DNA of 63,612 nucleotides, the filler included, from Choristocarpus tenellus KU-1152 (taxonomy: Eukaryota > Protista > Phaeophyceae), in assembly GCA_964200185.2 (NCBI GenBank). It is 9 parts of 9 records of this genome, joined end to end, with 100 filler letters (N's around TTAATTAATTAA, not from the genome) between each part and the next. Parts side by side here need not be neighbours in the genome. Positions count along the whole stretch, not along the records: positions 38,158 to 42,655 come from CAXNAD020014282.1; positions 42,756 to 50,437 come from CAXNAD020005761.1; 7 more parts are not named here. The stretch is one strand, 5' to 3'. The notes under the pieces were generated by a model, which did no database searches, was not told where the DNA came from, and saw only the letters and a program-made list of their open reading frames with translations. The number at the start of each line of letters is the position of its first letter. The first letter of the stretch is position 1. Position numbers and translations under genes: made by a program. This document shows positions 38,720 to 50,437 of this stretch, piece after piece.

Positions 38720-39910
38720 ACAGAATAACTTGAGCAGGTGTACCCAGACAAAATCACACACGAAGACAAAACCAGTTCCTTTGTGCAATCTAACCTGATG
38801 GTTACAAAAATAAGTGGGTGAAACACGAAACCGCCCGCCTCCTGAACACGGTCCGGTTCGACTCTTTCTAGACGCAATTGGCCAACCTATCACCAGAAAA
38901 TGCAGACCAAGGGAGGGAAAGTTCTTCGCTAGACCTCTCGTCTGCCACTGGAGCCAGTGTGGACAAGGGGCAAATGCTTGGGCCTCCACACAATCCCCAG
39001 AACCAGCTCACCAGATTCTTCCCTTAGAGTTTAGACTCACTGCCAGCAGATCCCTAGGGAGGGAGGAGGTCCTATCCAACAGGTACCCCTTGACTGGATG
39101 CAGGAGGCATAATGCTGACACCCGACATGCTCATACTGCCCTAGGGCAGTGGAACAGGTCCGCCAAGATACACCAATGGTGAAGCATCTAGGTCAACTCT
39201 GCCAAGGAATGCGTATCCCTTTGGCTATGGAAGACGGTAGCTCATTCAAAGTGGTCCAGAATTTCCGCATGGATGTGGTCGTGCGTGCTGGGGCACTTGC
39301 GGGCATCTGATCAGTTCCCTACCAGGACAAAGGCCTCCTCCTGGATGTTAGGTTTACAGAAGTACAAGCACCCTTCCATCTGCCCCGCTCATCCACCAGG
39401 AATGGTGTAGGTCCTGCTGCAGCTGAAGCACAATAGCGTACCCACTACGAGGGTTCTTTTGACCCTTGCAGATTTGACCTCAAGGCGCCTCAGTAAGCAA
39501 GGAGAATATTTTCTGGCTACACATGCGGCAGGGGGAGAGGAGCAGGAGGGGATAGAAGGAAAGGAGCTGTCAAATCCCGTTTACGACAGATAGTGTCTGT
39601 CACTACACAAGTGACTATCAAGAAATGTCATGCGTTTTAAGCTTTAGACACCAGGGAGATGGGCAAGGAGGGGCCTGTCGATTTTTGGGATGCTTCCCTA
39701 GCTCCTCACCCTGTGGTGTAGGGCTGAGCTAGGTTGGAAGCATAGCAGGGGAGAGTGGTGTAGTATAGCCGGTAGTCAAACAGAAAATAGATTTTGGAGA
39801 AACATCTTTCACATTTACGACAACTGTTACTTTTGCAGCAGTCCTTATGATATTGAATTGGCTTTCCCCCTAACACATCTGCAAAATGTCACGGGGCATA
39901 ACAATATATA
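38720..39910 (+). mobile_element. Degenerate RLE-type (CRE-like) non-LTR retrotransposon, 3' ~1.2 kb
   Basis: Frameshifted remnants: zinc-knuckle-like C..ADTRHA; endonuclease-like FRMDVVVRAG...KGLLLDV...SSTRNGVGPAAAEAQ*RTHYEGSFDP; RLRQIVSVTTQV; then the shared 3' hairpin. Confidence 0.75.
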
Positions 39911-40335
39911 TTGAATTGACGTTTTCTTTGAAACGTGTCGAAAATGTCAGATTTGATAGCCATCTTCCAACTAAGGTGTACCTTTAAGGTGACCTACCTT
40001 CAGAGGATGTACGTCGTTCGTCGTATGACATCTGCTTTCGCATGTTGAAGTTAACATTTGCTTGGAGTAAATATCATGTGATTTGAGGGGACCTTGCAAA
40101 CCCCCCATAATCACTCTTTGCTTGTTCACTCTTTCCTAAGTAGTATTCTGAGGGATTGCTCACCCTCTTCCCGGTCAGTCTCCATTCCCTTCCTCCTGTG
40201 GGTCTTCCTGGTTCTCTTCAGTCTGAAGAACCTGTCTATCTGTTTCCATCTGCTTCACACAAAGGGGATAAGAACAAATCTCTATATAGTATATTTTCAA
40301 GTATTTGTCTAACTATAAATTGAATTATACAACAT

Positions 40336-40752
40336 TGTGAATCGCGTGATTCTGTGGTGGCGTGGTTCACTCAGGCAAGGGTGGCGAAGAGAATCACCGG
40401 GCAAGACGGACCAGACAAACAAGGACGAACTGAAACTGAGAAGACGAGGTTATGGTTATACAAGTGCAAGACTGAAAGGACTTGCAGGAAAAAGTGGGGA
40501 ACTGAGGAAGTTGGGAGGATCACGATTCGGATGGGTTTCGGAAGAGAAACCCTCCAGAGATAGAAGATCCGTCTTCAGAAAACTGTGCTCATAAAGAGAC
40601 GTTGCGGGAAGACAGGGAAATGTATCACTCCGAATATCCTCCACACAGTCGAACCGAAGTCTCAGAACACAACCTCAATCGGTATAACGGTATATGGCAT
40701 ACGGCAATAGCTGTATAACAACAAACATACTTTCCACATCACCCCCCCTCCT
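40336..40752 (-). mobile_element. Probable 3' LTR (403 bp) with polypurine tract; LTR retrotransposon relic
   Basis: Minus strand reads PPT AGGAGGGGGGGTGA, then TGTGGAA...TTCACA (TG...CA with a short TIR). The first ~70 bp recur at 41780-41851. Confidence 0.55.
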
Positions 40753-41884
40753 GATCGGCCTTGAAGCCATGTAAACATGATTCAAGGTCAACCAAAAAGT
40801 GAGCTCTGGGAGCGAAATGGGAAACATGTGTGCCTGTTAGTATACTATTGTACCATTGTATTACACGACTCCATTAATACAAAATGAAGTGTAATATATA
40901 AAAGAGGCACGTAATGAATATCTGATCAGGATAATATTGGCCTAAGGGTGATGGTGTGTGGTCAGCACACCAATCAAGCTTACGAGGTTGGAGAGTATGG
41001 GATCAGCATATCAATCAGCGTAAAGACGAGGCGAGAGGTATATGTGGCCGGCAAATAGGGTCTCTATTATCTTGTTTAAAACAGAGGATACACTAAGAAT
41101 GGGGATACGAGGAGCAAACACAATATACGAGGTCAACAAACTGTTTGACTAGTGTTTGTCATTCAACATTGCTATACGGGTGTTATACGATTATTTGATC
41201 ACCACTCCAATGCGTGAAAACAACATTGCGTGTTACATGATGACCAAATCAACACAATAACTGACGATATCAAATGTGTGCACCCATTCTCCTTTGTCAA
41301 TGCTGACTTCGATTGGAATATTGTTCACCACGACTACAATATTCCAAGTGGACAAATCGGACGTACGATGTTGGTGGCTCAACTCTCCTAAAACGAAATG
41401 AGGTGACTGTACGGTCATTGCATCATGTCAGGGGAATCATGCCACACGAGAAAAAAAAATCAAATGTATGGCTCACCTTAAGTCTCCATCTCTTACTTGG
41501 TGGTAGACTTGAATCTACATTTTTTTTCTGTTTTATAATAGGATCAGTCATTTCATGATGATCAAAGGTTGGACAAGTGCAAATCGAGGTTTGATTAGCA
41601 TCTTTAGGGATGGCGCTTCATCACCATAAGTCAAGACGTGGGAACAAAGTGAATATTTCATGTGTGACAACTCTGAATGACGAGTAGTCTCAAGTCCGTG
41701 GGATTGGTCATGTGAAGAGATTCCATGGTTTCATTCTAACGGAAGATCTGCCAGTGGAAACCATGGATGCTTGACGAGGAACCTCAACCGGTACAACGGT
41801 ATATGGTATACTGAAATAACGGTATAACAAAAGACAAACATGCTTTCCACATGTATAGTATAATCATGACATGCCTATATATAC

Positions 41885-42482
41885 ATGCATAATATGCATG
41901 CCCACTCATCCACCAGTAATGGTGTAGCTGCTGCTGCAGCCGAGGTGCGAAAGTGTACCCACTATGAGGGCTCCTTTGATCCTCGTAGTTATAACCTCAA
42001 CACCTTTGCGTTGGAAAGTTTTGGTCGCCTCGGCAAGCGAGCGGAATGCTTCCTGGATGAGCTGGCTACTCGCATGGTGAGGGGGAGACGAACTGGAGGA
42101 TTTAGTAGAAAAAGAGTAGTTAAATCCCGGCTACGCCAAATTGTCTCGGTGACTACGCAAGTGGCACTATCTAGACGTGTCATGCGTTTTAAGCTAGAGT
42201 CACCAGGAAGATGGGCATGGAGGGGTTTATTGGATTCTTGGGAGGCCTCCCTAGCTCCCCCCCCGGGGGCGCAGGAGTAGGTAGATTGGAAGCACAGGAA
42301 GGCAGAAGTAGTACAATATTGATAGTGAAGTAACAAATTCGTGCTTTTCACATTTATGTGTTTTACAGTATTTTTCACATTTATGATATTTTACTTCTTT
42401 AGGGCTAATACTGACACATGCATAGTTTTCATTTGTTTCCCCCTGACACATCTGCAAAATGTCAGAGGGCATAATAATAAAA
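41885..42482 (+). mobile_element. RLE-type non-LTR retrotransposon 3' end (endonuclease C-terminus plus 3' UTR)
   Basis: ORF GVAAAAAEVRKCTHYEGSF...TFALESFGRLGKRAECFLDELA...RLRQIVSVTTQVALSRRV matches the A..AE..K...Y...F.P.A.E..G.LG signature of restriction-like endonuclease LINEs; ends in hairpin plus (TAA)n. Confidence 0.8.
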
Positions 42483-43159
42483 ATATAATCATGACCAGAA
42501 ACATCCCCGAAATCATAACTGTTCAACAAACATCGATAAAATGATGAGAAAATGTCTTCAATCATCAAGAAATAACAACCTCTCAGCAAAATTGAGGATG
42601 GAGCATACTATGGAAGATGGGTTTGACCCAAAATTGTCCTGGTAAAAGTGTCGACNNNNNNNNNNNNNNNNNNNNNNNNNNNNNNNNNNNNNNNNNNNNT
42701 TAATTAATTAANNNNNNNNNNNNNNNNNNNNNNNNNNNNNNNNNNNNNNNNNNNNGCTGTCCATTTGGGGTCAATTTTTACATGTCAAAATTTTTGGGTG
42801 ATTTGGTTGCATACGTCGGATGGATAACGTAAATCCACTTTCCTCATTTTGGTACAAATGGACACCCTGGTGTAGACCCCCCCCAAAAAAATACTTTGGG
42901 TCCTTCCATCCTAAGTTCAATCAGTGTTACCTAATAGTGGCAATATCATCTGTACCCCTCCCTAGTCTCTAGCAAACATGTTCTCTATTTGTTGATGTGG
43001 ATCATGCCTCTATACTTGTGTAACCCGAAGAAGCAAGATGAGCAATAGTTCTCTTGAAGGTGGAAGTAAGTCACACGATATGAAAGCCCTCCATTGCTAT
43101 TGTGGAGTGTCACCTTCTCTTTCATCTCATGAGGTGATGAGCAGGTTGGAATCAGGATT

Positions 43160-43423
43160 GACCCAAAGTATCTTAGAGAGTAGAGCCGCGTCCATTTGGG
43201 GCCCAAAATGCAATGTTGCGATATTGATGTAATTTTGGCTATCGTGTACGTTAAGAAGTGTCAATATCAATGTTCTGGATACACCTGTTCATAACATACA
43301 CACATTACCTACTCCTAAACATTTTGGAGTAGGAAAATGTCACAAAAGAACCAATGGGAAACCAAGCCCCGAATGGAAAAAACAGGGCAAAACTCGTACC
43401 CTAACCCTAAGATACTTTCACTC
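43160..43423. mobile_element. MITE family B, TSD att/att
   Basis: GACCCAAAGTATCTTAGAG ... GATACTTTCACTC. Confidence 0.88.
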
Positions 43424-43852
43424 ATTGCTGCACAATTACAACAGGGTTGACGATTCTTTGTGAAGGAAGGAGAAAGTTGTAGTATGCTGTTTGGCATCAG
43501 TCACTAGCTAAATGCCACCGACAAAGCATCAAAATTCCATAATTTCATGTATTACAGGCAAGTTGAGATGATTTGATTTGCTGTTGTAGATCACAGGATA
43601 CTGACACTGACTATAGCTCACATGTTGAAGGAGCTCAATAGTACTGGGAACATCCTCCCAAACCAATGCAATTCAGCATACTATGGACTGTGTTTCTTCA
43701 CAAAGCACAGCTTAGAAGCAGACAAAATGCAGTCAGGGCAGTACCAAGTCCTTGCACCCCCTCTTCTCCACAAGACCACCCTAACCTTTAATACTTTGCT
43801 CTCAAAAGAAAAAAATAGATCTATTCAGCCAGGGAACACTGATTTGCCACAC

Positions 43853-45941
43853 CTAGCCTGGAAGTCCTCTGTGCACAGCAGCACCAGCATCTCATCATGA
43901 GTGTAAATCACCAGGGGGTCCAGGCTTGCCACTGTTAAATAAACTCCAAAGGAGAACTTCTTGCCATCCATCAAGAAGGGGTTTGACACGTACCTTAAGG
44001 AGTAGTGGGTGCATGAAAGTTACAAGGGCATTTTGTTGTCTCTAGGCACGATTCATCATTGCAGTACATGTCAGTTGTCTCCAATAGCTGTTGGTTCAGT
44101 ATTTTTCTCTATTCTTTTTGTTTGCAAGCTGCTGAGTGTTGCCGATTCCCAAGGGTCTAGCAAGTCGTACCATAACCTATTTCACACAATGCATTCATCC
44201 AAACAGAAATTAATTGTCCTCATTCTTGTGCCTTGAACTGCTCTGAATACATCTCAATCTAGGAATCTTCTCTGGCTAGACCCCTATCACATGGGTCAGC
44301 ACCTGGATGCTTAAGTAAAGTAATATATCAGTGTACTATTTCCTGAAGGGTGGATACTGCAAGGATCATGAGCCTTGCAACCCAATTGGTCTCACCTTTG
44401 GAGGAGGCAGTCTTTTCCACAGTTGGCTGCATCCTGCATAGATTGAACCATCCTGATGCCCTTGCCCAGATCCTTGTCAGGTGTCTTCACCATGTGGGGT
44501 ACACGGAACATCATATCCTCATTGTGTTTGTAGGTGACCCCCCCGTCACCACCAAGTCTCCCACTATTTGGGTGGGGCTCTTGTTGTATGCCCTCTGTTA
44601 GACTGGCCTTAGGATAGTGTCCTGTTCCTGATATCTCGGTGTTGAGTTCTCCCTCGTTGGAGAAGGAGTGGGAGTGCTGTTCGAAATGAGGATGGAAGGG
44701 GGACATTTGTGATTTGTGACCTTCTGGATATCCCCTCTGTAGGTCTTGAACAAACCATGTTCGGGGCAAGAAGCTTATTGCGTCATCACCCATTCTCTTT
44801 GACAGAGATTGGAGAGACATAGCCATGTTGTCCTTGTGACCTAGGTCCTGCTCATGTAGTGAACAAGTAAGGTTAGTGTGTAGTGATGAGATGGGTTAGG
44901 GTCTGTTCATTGATAGGATATGTCTTCCATATTCCAATTCATGATGGACTAGGCGATCAAGGGGAAAAAGAGGGATCATTGGGTCATGTACCTCTTGGTA
45001 TGTGTTAATGCCACATTTTGGCATTTTGCATCCCTAAGCTCTTGCTCACCAGGCTATGGTCTGCGGCAGGAGCAAATGATATTTGGGATGCTTATTGTTG
45101 GCGATGAATGGCAAGCTAATCATAGACTCTACTGTTATTATCACAAGGCCTCGTCTCTGTAAGGAGTGTGAGACCTCGTACCCAATCGGAGCAGTTCCCA
45201 ACTATCCCTATCGCCCCTCCCACCTACACCTAGGTCGACGTACCTTCTCATGTGGTATAGTGTTGACCCGCTGCCATGGCTCCAGGATACCGAAAACGTG
45301 TGCCTCCAGTCCCTCTGCGACCTCTCCCAGGACCCAGGCTGCCTCCACTCCTCCAACATACTCCTGCTCGGAACACTCTACGAGGCCATGTGCCCAAAAT
45401 ATGTCTCGCAGCAGCTTAAACTCATCGCTGTCATTGAAGTGCCAGTGACGTACAAAGCGAAACCGGCGAGGCCATCCAGGCTGCAAATGAGCAGGGGGGA
45501 GAGCTTAAGTCCAAATATCAAAAGCAGCTAACATGGCTACGAGAACGAAATGTCACGCCTACTGAAAGCTCAGTCAGCATGGGCCATATATCGGAGCAAG
45601 AGCAGCTTAATGTGCAACATGTAGGAATTAGAAAATGTCCGTTTCTTTGTCAATGCTGCACTTACCTGGCGTTCTGCTAATCCACAGTACAACTGCTCGG
45701 AAATATCTTTTCTCAGCTCCGCAACACATCTCTCATCCTTGACGTCGTACCCCCTGCAAAAAGCTCTCGCTGCTGAATCTACATCTTCTCCCTCAGCAAC
45801 AGTAAAAATTTGATCTGTGCCATCGATGTTGACTACAACGCTTGCCAACTTGACTGCTTCAGATACGTAGAGAAGGTTTATGATGATCACCCTGATGAGA
45901 TGAAGCCAAGATACATTTCGAAACCGTCGTTTTGGATCCAT
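43853..45941 (-). CDS. Tubulin-tyrosine ligase/TTLL-family ATP-grasp protein, 5' part, with N-terminal hydrophobic segment
   Basis: Exons 45941-45666, 45480-45244, 44847-44396, 43993-~43853, phases consistent. Motifs QRVNTIP, LGHKDNM, FLPRTW, MVKTPDKDLGKGI, LLQRYVSNPFLMDGKKFSFGVYLTVASLDPLVIY correspond to the TTL motifs Q.VNHFP, L..K..L, F.P.T, W.VKP....G.GI and QKYI..PLL..G.KFD.R.Y..V.S..PL..Y. Confidence 0.82.
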
Positions 45942-46192
45942 ATTGACACCGCCTCTGAACGCATTTACTACTCCACTCAAACGAGGATAGTTCAACCCCT
46001 CGTATACTGCGACCCCTAATGAAGGATTGGGGGAGTTCAATCTCGAGAAGATCAGGAGGGACGATAGGAGACAGGCTTTGGTCTATTGTAGTACTAAGTG
46101 AGTGGATTGATCAATGAAGAAAATGCCTGCAAGGTATCCATGTACTCCTATACAAGGATCACCACGAAGGTTCAAAGAGGGAAAGAAGGGGG
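45942..46192. promoter_or_regulatory. Putative compact bidirectional promoter between TTLL-like and APC1
   Basis: Only 251 bp separate the two divergent ATGs; no specific motif was identified. Confidence 0.5.
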
Positions 46193-49100
46193 ATGACGGG
46201 GCAGCCTGCTGTTCGAGCGCAATGCCTGGGCCCGTACAAGCCTCCATCTTTGAGTTGCACGATATTCCCCAGCACAGAAGGGGGACACTCAAGCGTTGGA
46301 GAGGCAGGACCAGGGGGGCAGAGAGGGGGTAGGGATACCGCAGGTCAAGAGGAACTCTTCGTCGATGACAGCGGTAGGACAGCGGTCTGGCGCAGCCTTG
46401 GCGGCCAGGTCGTATACAGTTCGTTCCGCTCTGCAGTACTGGGGAAGGGAGAGAGTGAGGAGGAAGGAGTCGTTCAGGTTGTACGTTGCAGGTTTCCAGC
46501 ACTGCAAGATGGACAAGGTTTTGAGGGTATGGAGGGCGATGGCGAGCGTCGTCCTAAGGGACCATGGGTTGTGTGCATCCTCAGGTCGCCTGATCTCGTT
46601 ACTTTCCATTATCCTGATGGAACGGCTTACGAAGTCACTCTGCCGTGCCATGCTCGCCTCCTGCAACCACTGGGGGAAGGGTTGTTGGTCCAACGTTTTC
46701 GGGATGCCGTAGACGAGGGCGGACCTGAGGGCGAAGGTTTGGGACTCTCAACTTCCAACCGAGAGGATGGTGATGATCCTGAGCCCGTACCTTCATTGTT
46801 CAGCCTCCTGCACCCTCTCGATGAGCTTAGGCCGGTGGCGGTTTTGGAGCGGGCCTCTTGCCGACCCCTGCAAGGCACTCCTCCCTCGTCCAGCATGGCG
46901 CAGGAAGAACAGGAGCTTGTATGTGATGCTTCTGAGCTTGTTCTCTTTGCTCGAGGAAGTGGGAACCCCAAAGAGCCAACCCTCCTGCTCACCTATCATG
47001 CACAGCATAGTCGGCACTCCTTGTGGCAAGTACTCCCTGCCCCAGAGGCAACAAGAAAGGCAGGTTCAGGTTCATGGTCTAACCCTGATCCAGAGACACA
47101 GGCACGAACACCGGATGCAGCAGGCCTTAGCACGAGCCATGTCCTTGGGCGTTCTTTATGCCCTGATAACTGGAGCAATGGCTACAGTGTCTTGGGTATG
47201 TCAGGGCTAGATCCGTCCATGTCCGCTGTAGCAGGGCTGAGTGTGGTTGATGAAGTACTCGCACAACACTCCCCTCGACCTATTGCTCCCTCCAATGAGG
47301 GGGGTGGAGCGTTGCAAATGCGAGGACGGCGAGTCTCAGCAGGAGGCGCATCATGGGCCTCTGGAGGAAGCCGCAATGAGGCCCTTGCTAATGCCCTGGG
47401 ACTAAGTCATTCTGAGACAGGTGTGAGCTCACCTGTCCTGGCTTTGAATGCCAGCAGTCACAACATGGGAAGTGGTGTGCTTAAGGGGACCTTGCTGTTA
47501 GGTGATGCTGGGGGCTTAGGGGGAGTGGGGGGTCTTGAACCTACTCTGAACGGGTTGGAGGAAGAAGTGGGGGATGAGTCACAACCAATCCAACCCCGTG
47601 TTGGTGTCTCTCTCCTGTGGCAGGAGGCCTCATGTTGCCCAGAGCCTGCAGAACATGTCTTCTGTGCTTGGGAGAAGATCCAGGGGATGGAGGGAGGAGG
47701 GGACAATAGGCAACTGCTCATTTGCCTTGTTGAGCCAGTATCAAGGAGACTGCGTGCATTGTCTGTACCATCGGTACAATCACACTGCCTCACACCAGTG
47801 GTGAACCCCCAGTCGGCACAAGCCCCAAACTTGCCAACACACACAGTGAACAAGGGAAGAGGGGTGAAGGAGGTGTTCATAATGCCTTGTCTTTCTGCTG
47901 TTGGTGTGTGTACCACTGCCAGGGGAGGAAGATGTGATGTAGGAGGGGGAATAGAGTCTGTTGCAACTGACATTCTCCTCCTAACCCTTGATGGATGTCT
48001 TGAGATGTACCAGGGCAGGAGTCAAATTACAAAAGTGTATCCGTGTATACCTCGCGTGTGGGGAGAATTGGGAGATTCTGAGGCCGCATCCTCAAGGAGT
48101 GGACATGTAACCCCTCTGCTGGACATGGGTAGTGGTGACAATAGTGCCAGTAACAGAGATGAATGTTATGTGGGCAGCGGGAGTCCTGGTACAGAACCTG
48201 AGCATCTCTCAGATGCTGCAGGGGGTTGCTTTACATTAACTTTGCGAAATGGTCAATGCTGGCGAATGCGCCTCTCTATGGAGCCAACATCCTCGCTTGT
48301 GGCAGCGTGCCTGGGTGCGTGGGATGCGCTACTCTCACCGCAACTGGCATCTACTCTCAGAGCAGATGTGATGGGTATGGCACAGGTACTCTTGGGCAAT
48401 GGGAGGACTGTTGTACCCAGCACAAAGAGTGTGAAAAGGGGAGGGGAGGGGGGCGGGCGCAAGGCAGGGGTTGAGGCAGAGGATACTGAGTGGTCTGCTT
48501 TGGTCCAAGTTCTACAAGAGCTGGTATTGGATACTACAGAGCAGCAATCTGGTGGAGACCTGCCACGTGAACAACTGGGAGTGAGGAAAAGGGATGGAAA
48601 AGGAAAGGGAAAGGGAAAGGGGAAAGAGAAGGCATGGAGGGATCCAGGGGGAGAGGGTGAGTTTGCGACAGGTTGGGATGCACTGCTTGGGTCACAGTTT
48701 CACGGGCAATATGCCAGAGAGAATGCTATGCTGTTGTTGAGTATCTCTTGTGACCTTAAGGAAGGAAGTGTGGAAGTGAAGGAGGGGAGTTGCTCAGCAG
48801 AGCCACTGCTACGACTGGAGACCTCCACAACGGGATTCATTGCGGAGGTGGATGTGGCGATGGATGCATTGCACCTGGTTTTAGAGGACCTCAAGACATG
48901 CAGCCTCACTGTTGCACTTGTGCCACGTCTGGGGTCACTCCTGCTCTCGTTGGCCCGGTTATGTCCCGGCCTAAACATGAGAGACTTTATAGATCACTAT
49001 CGAAGGGATGCAGGGGAAGGAGACAAGGCATCTATGTTGGCCCTTCCACAACAAGGAGTGGGAGAGGGGGTGCCGAAGTATTGCTGTATGCCGGAACGGC

Positions 49101-50437
49101 CAACAAGATTTAGAAAGGTGAGTAGACCTCACACATCTATTGCATGGCCACAGCTACGCTTCAGAGCTACAGCTGCACTGCATCTGTTCATCTTGGCTGC
49201 ACGGAGGCAAGCTGCCTAGTAGATATTGGTGTTACCTGTGGGGGAATCAGGTTTTGAGGGAATGCGCATTCTTTGAGCAGATGTCTCTGACTGTGACCAT
49301 CACTGTATGGTCTTTTTGTTCATTTCTTCATATCGATTTTTTTTTTTTCCCTGGGATAGTTACATTTGATAGTGTTGTCTGTGATTGGATTCATATACAG
49401 GGGGTTGCCTGGGAAGAGAATATTTATTTCTGTGAGATTACAATGTTGTGAATTAAGACCTCTATTCTCTCGCATCTTGTGAAAGGCTTGTTGGAGTTTT
49501 TTGTGTGCCATGTAAGGGTTAGGGCCTCAACCTCCCTACTGGAGGACGACAAAATGCCCTTGCAGTTGTGCCCTTACCCCCCCCCCCCCCCCCCCCCCCC
49601 CCCCTTCCCTCCTGTCCACCCCCCCCCCCCCATCCTTATCTTCCCTCTGGTGACAACGTCCCTCTCAACTTGCTCACTCCTTCTACACAGGTGCCGTGCA
49701 TTCACACCTGGATTCAGCAGCGAGTACGTACAGGGCGGGTAGTCTGGAATGAGACATCTGCTGCTATCTTGGGAGCAACACTATCAGGTAGCCTGGCAAG
49801 GGGACGGAGTGAGGGTGGGGCTGAGATGCCATGTCTACTCTATGACGGGGAGGATTGCCCCTTTCCAACTCTAGCCAGGGGTTGTGGTGCAGCTGAGAAC
49901 ACACGCAAATTGTGCAGGTTCTACATAAGTCTGTGTAATGTGGGGGATTTGCTTGGAGATAAGGCAGGGGCAGCAGCGGCAGGATTGTGGACTGGAAGAG
50001 GTGCCGGGGCCCGATTGGTCTTTGCCATGGTTGGGGAGGGTTTTGGTGCAGCAGATCTGGGGCGTGTTCCCCTGGGGATGGCCCTTCCTCTCATGGAGGT
50101 ACTTCATGCAGCTCGGAGTCAGGCACCAACAGACTGGCCTGCTGAAGCGCAGCGCCTGGTTGGCAGGGAAGATCTTGCAGCGCTGAGGTGCATGCTGGCT
50201 GGTGTTTCTGGGAAGAAGATCGTTGGGGAGCCTGTTGCTGCCACTGATGTGGATGGAGGTTGGTCTGAGAAAGCTGGGTGTGTGGGAGAGGGGTTCTGGG
50301 GGGGAAATCGTGTTAGCGGGGGGGCCGGAATTGCAGGCAACACTGCAGCTGGTGGGGCTGAGGGTTCTTCTATGGGTGGTGAAGGCGAAAGTGGTGACAG
50401 GAGCTGGGTAGGTACAGGTGGCAATGTTGGTGGAGGG
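46193..50437 (+). CDS. APC1: Anaphase-promoting complex subunit 1 (APC1), 5' part
   Basis: Exon 1 is 46193-49117 (975 codons, AAG|GTGAGT); exon 2 runs from 49691 to the gap. Motifs EELFV...AVW, LPC....LQPLGEGLLVQR, PSLFSLLHPLDELRP, LHLVLEDLK, DFIDHYRRD and RLVFAMVGEGF...DLGRVPLGMALPLMEVLH..R...PTDWP.EA..LVGREDL match APC1 N-terminal and mid domains. Confidence 0.9.

Noticed and set aside
46083-48978. Many overlapping and antisense ORFs within APC1
   Set aside because: Expected in GC-rich coding sequence; none has an independent motif
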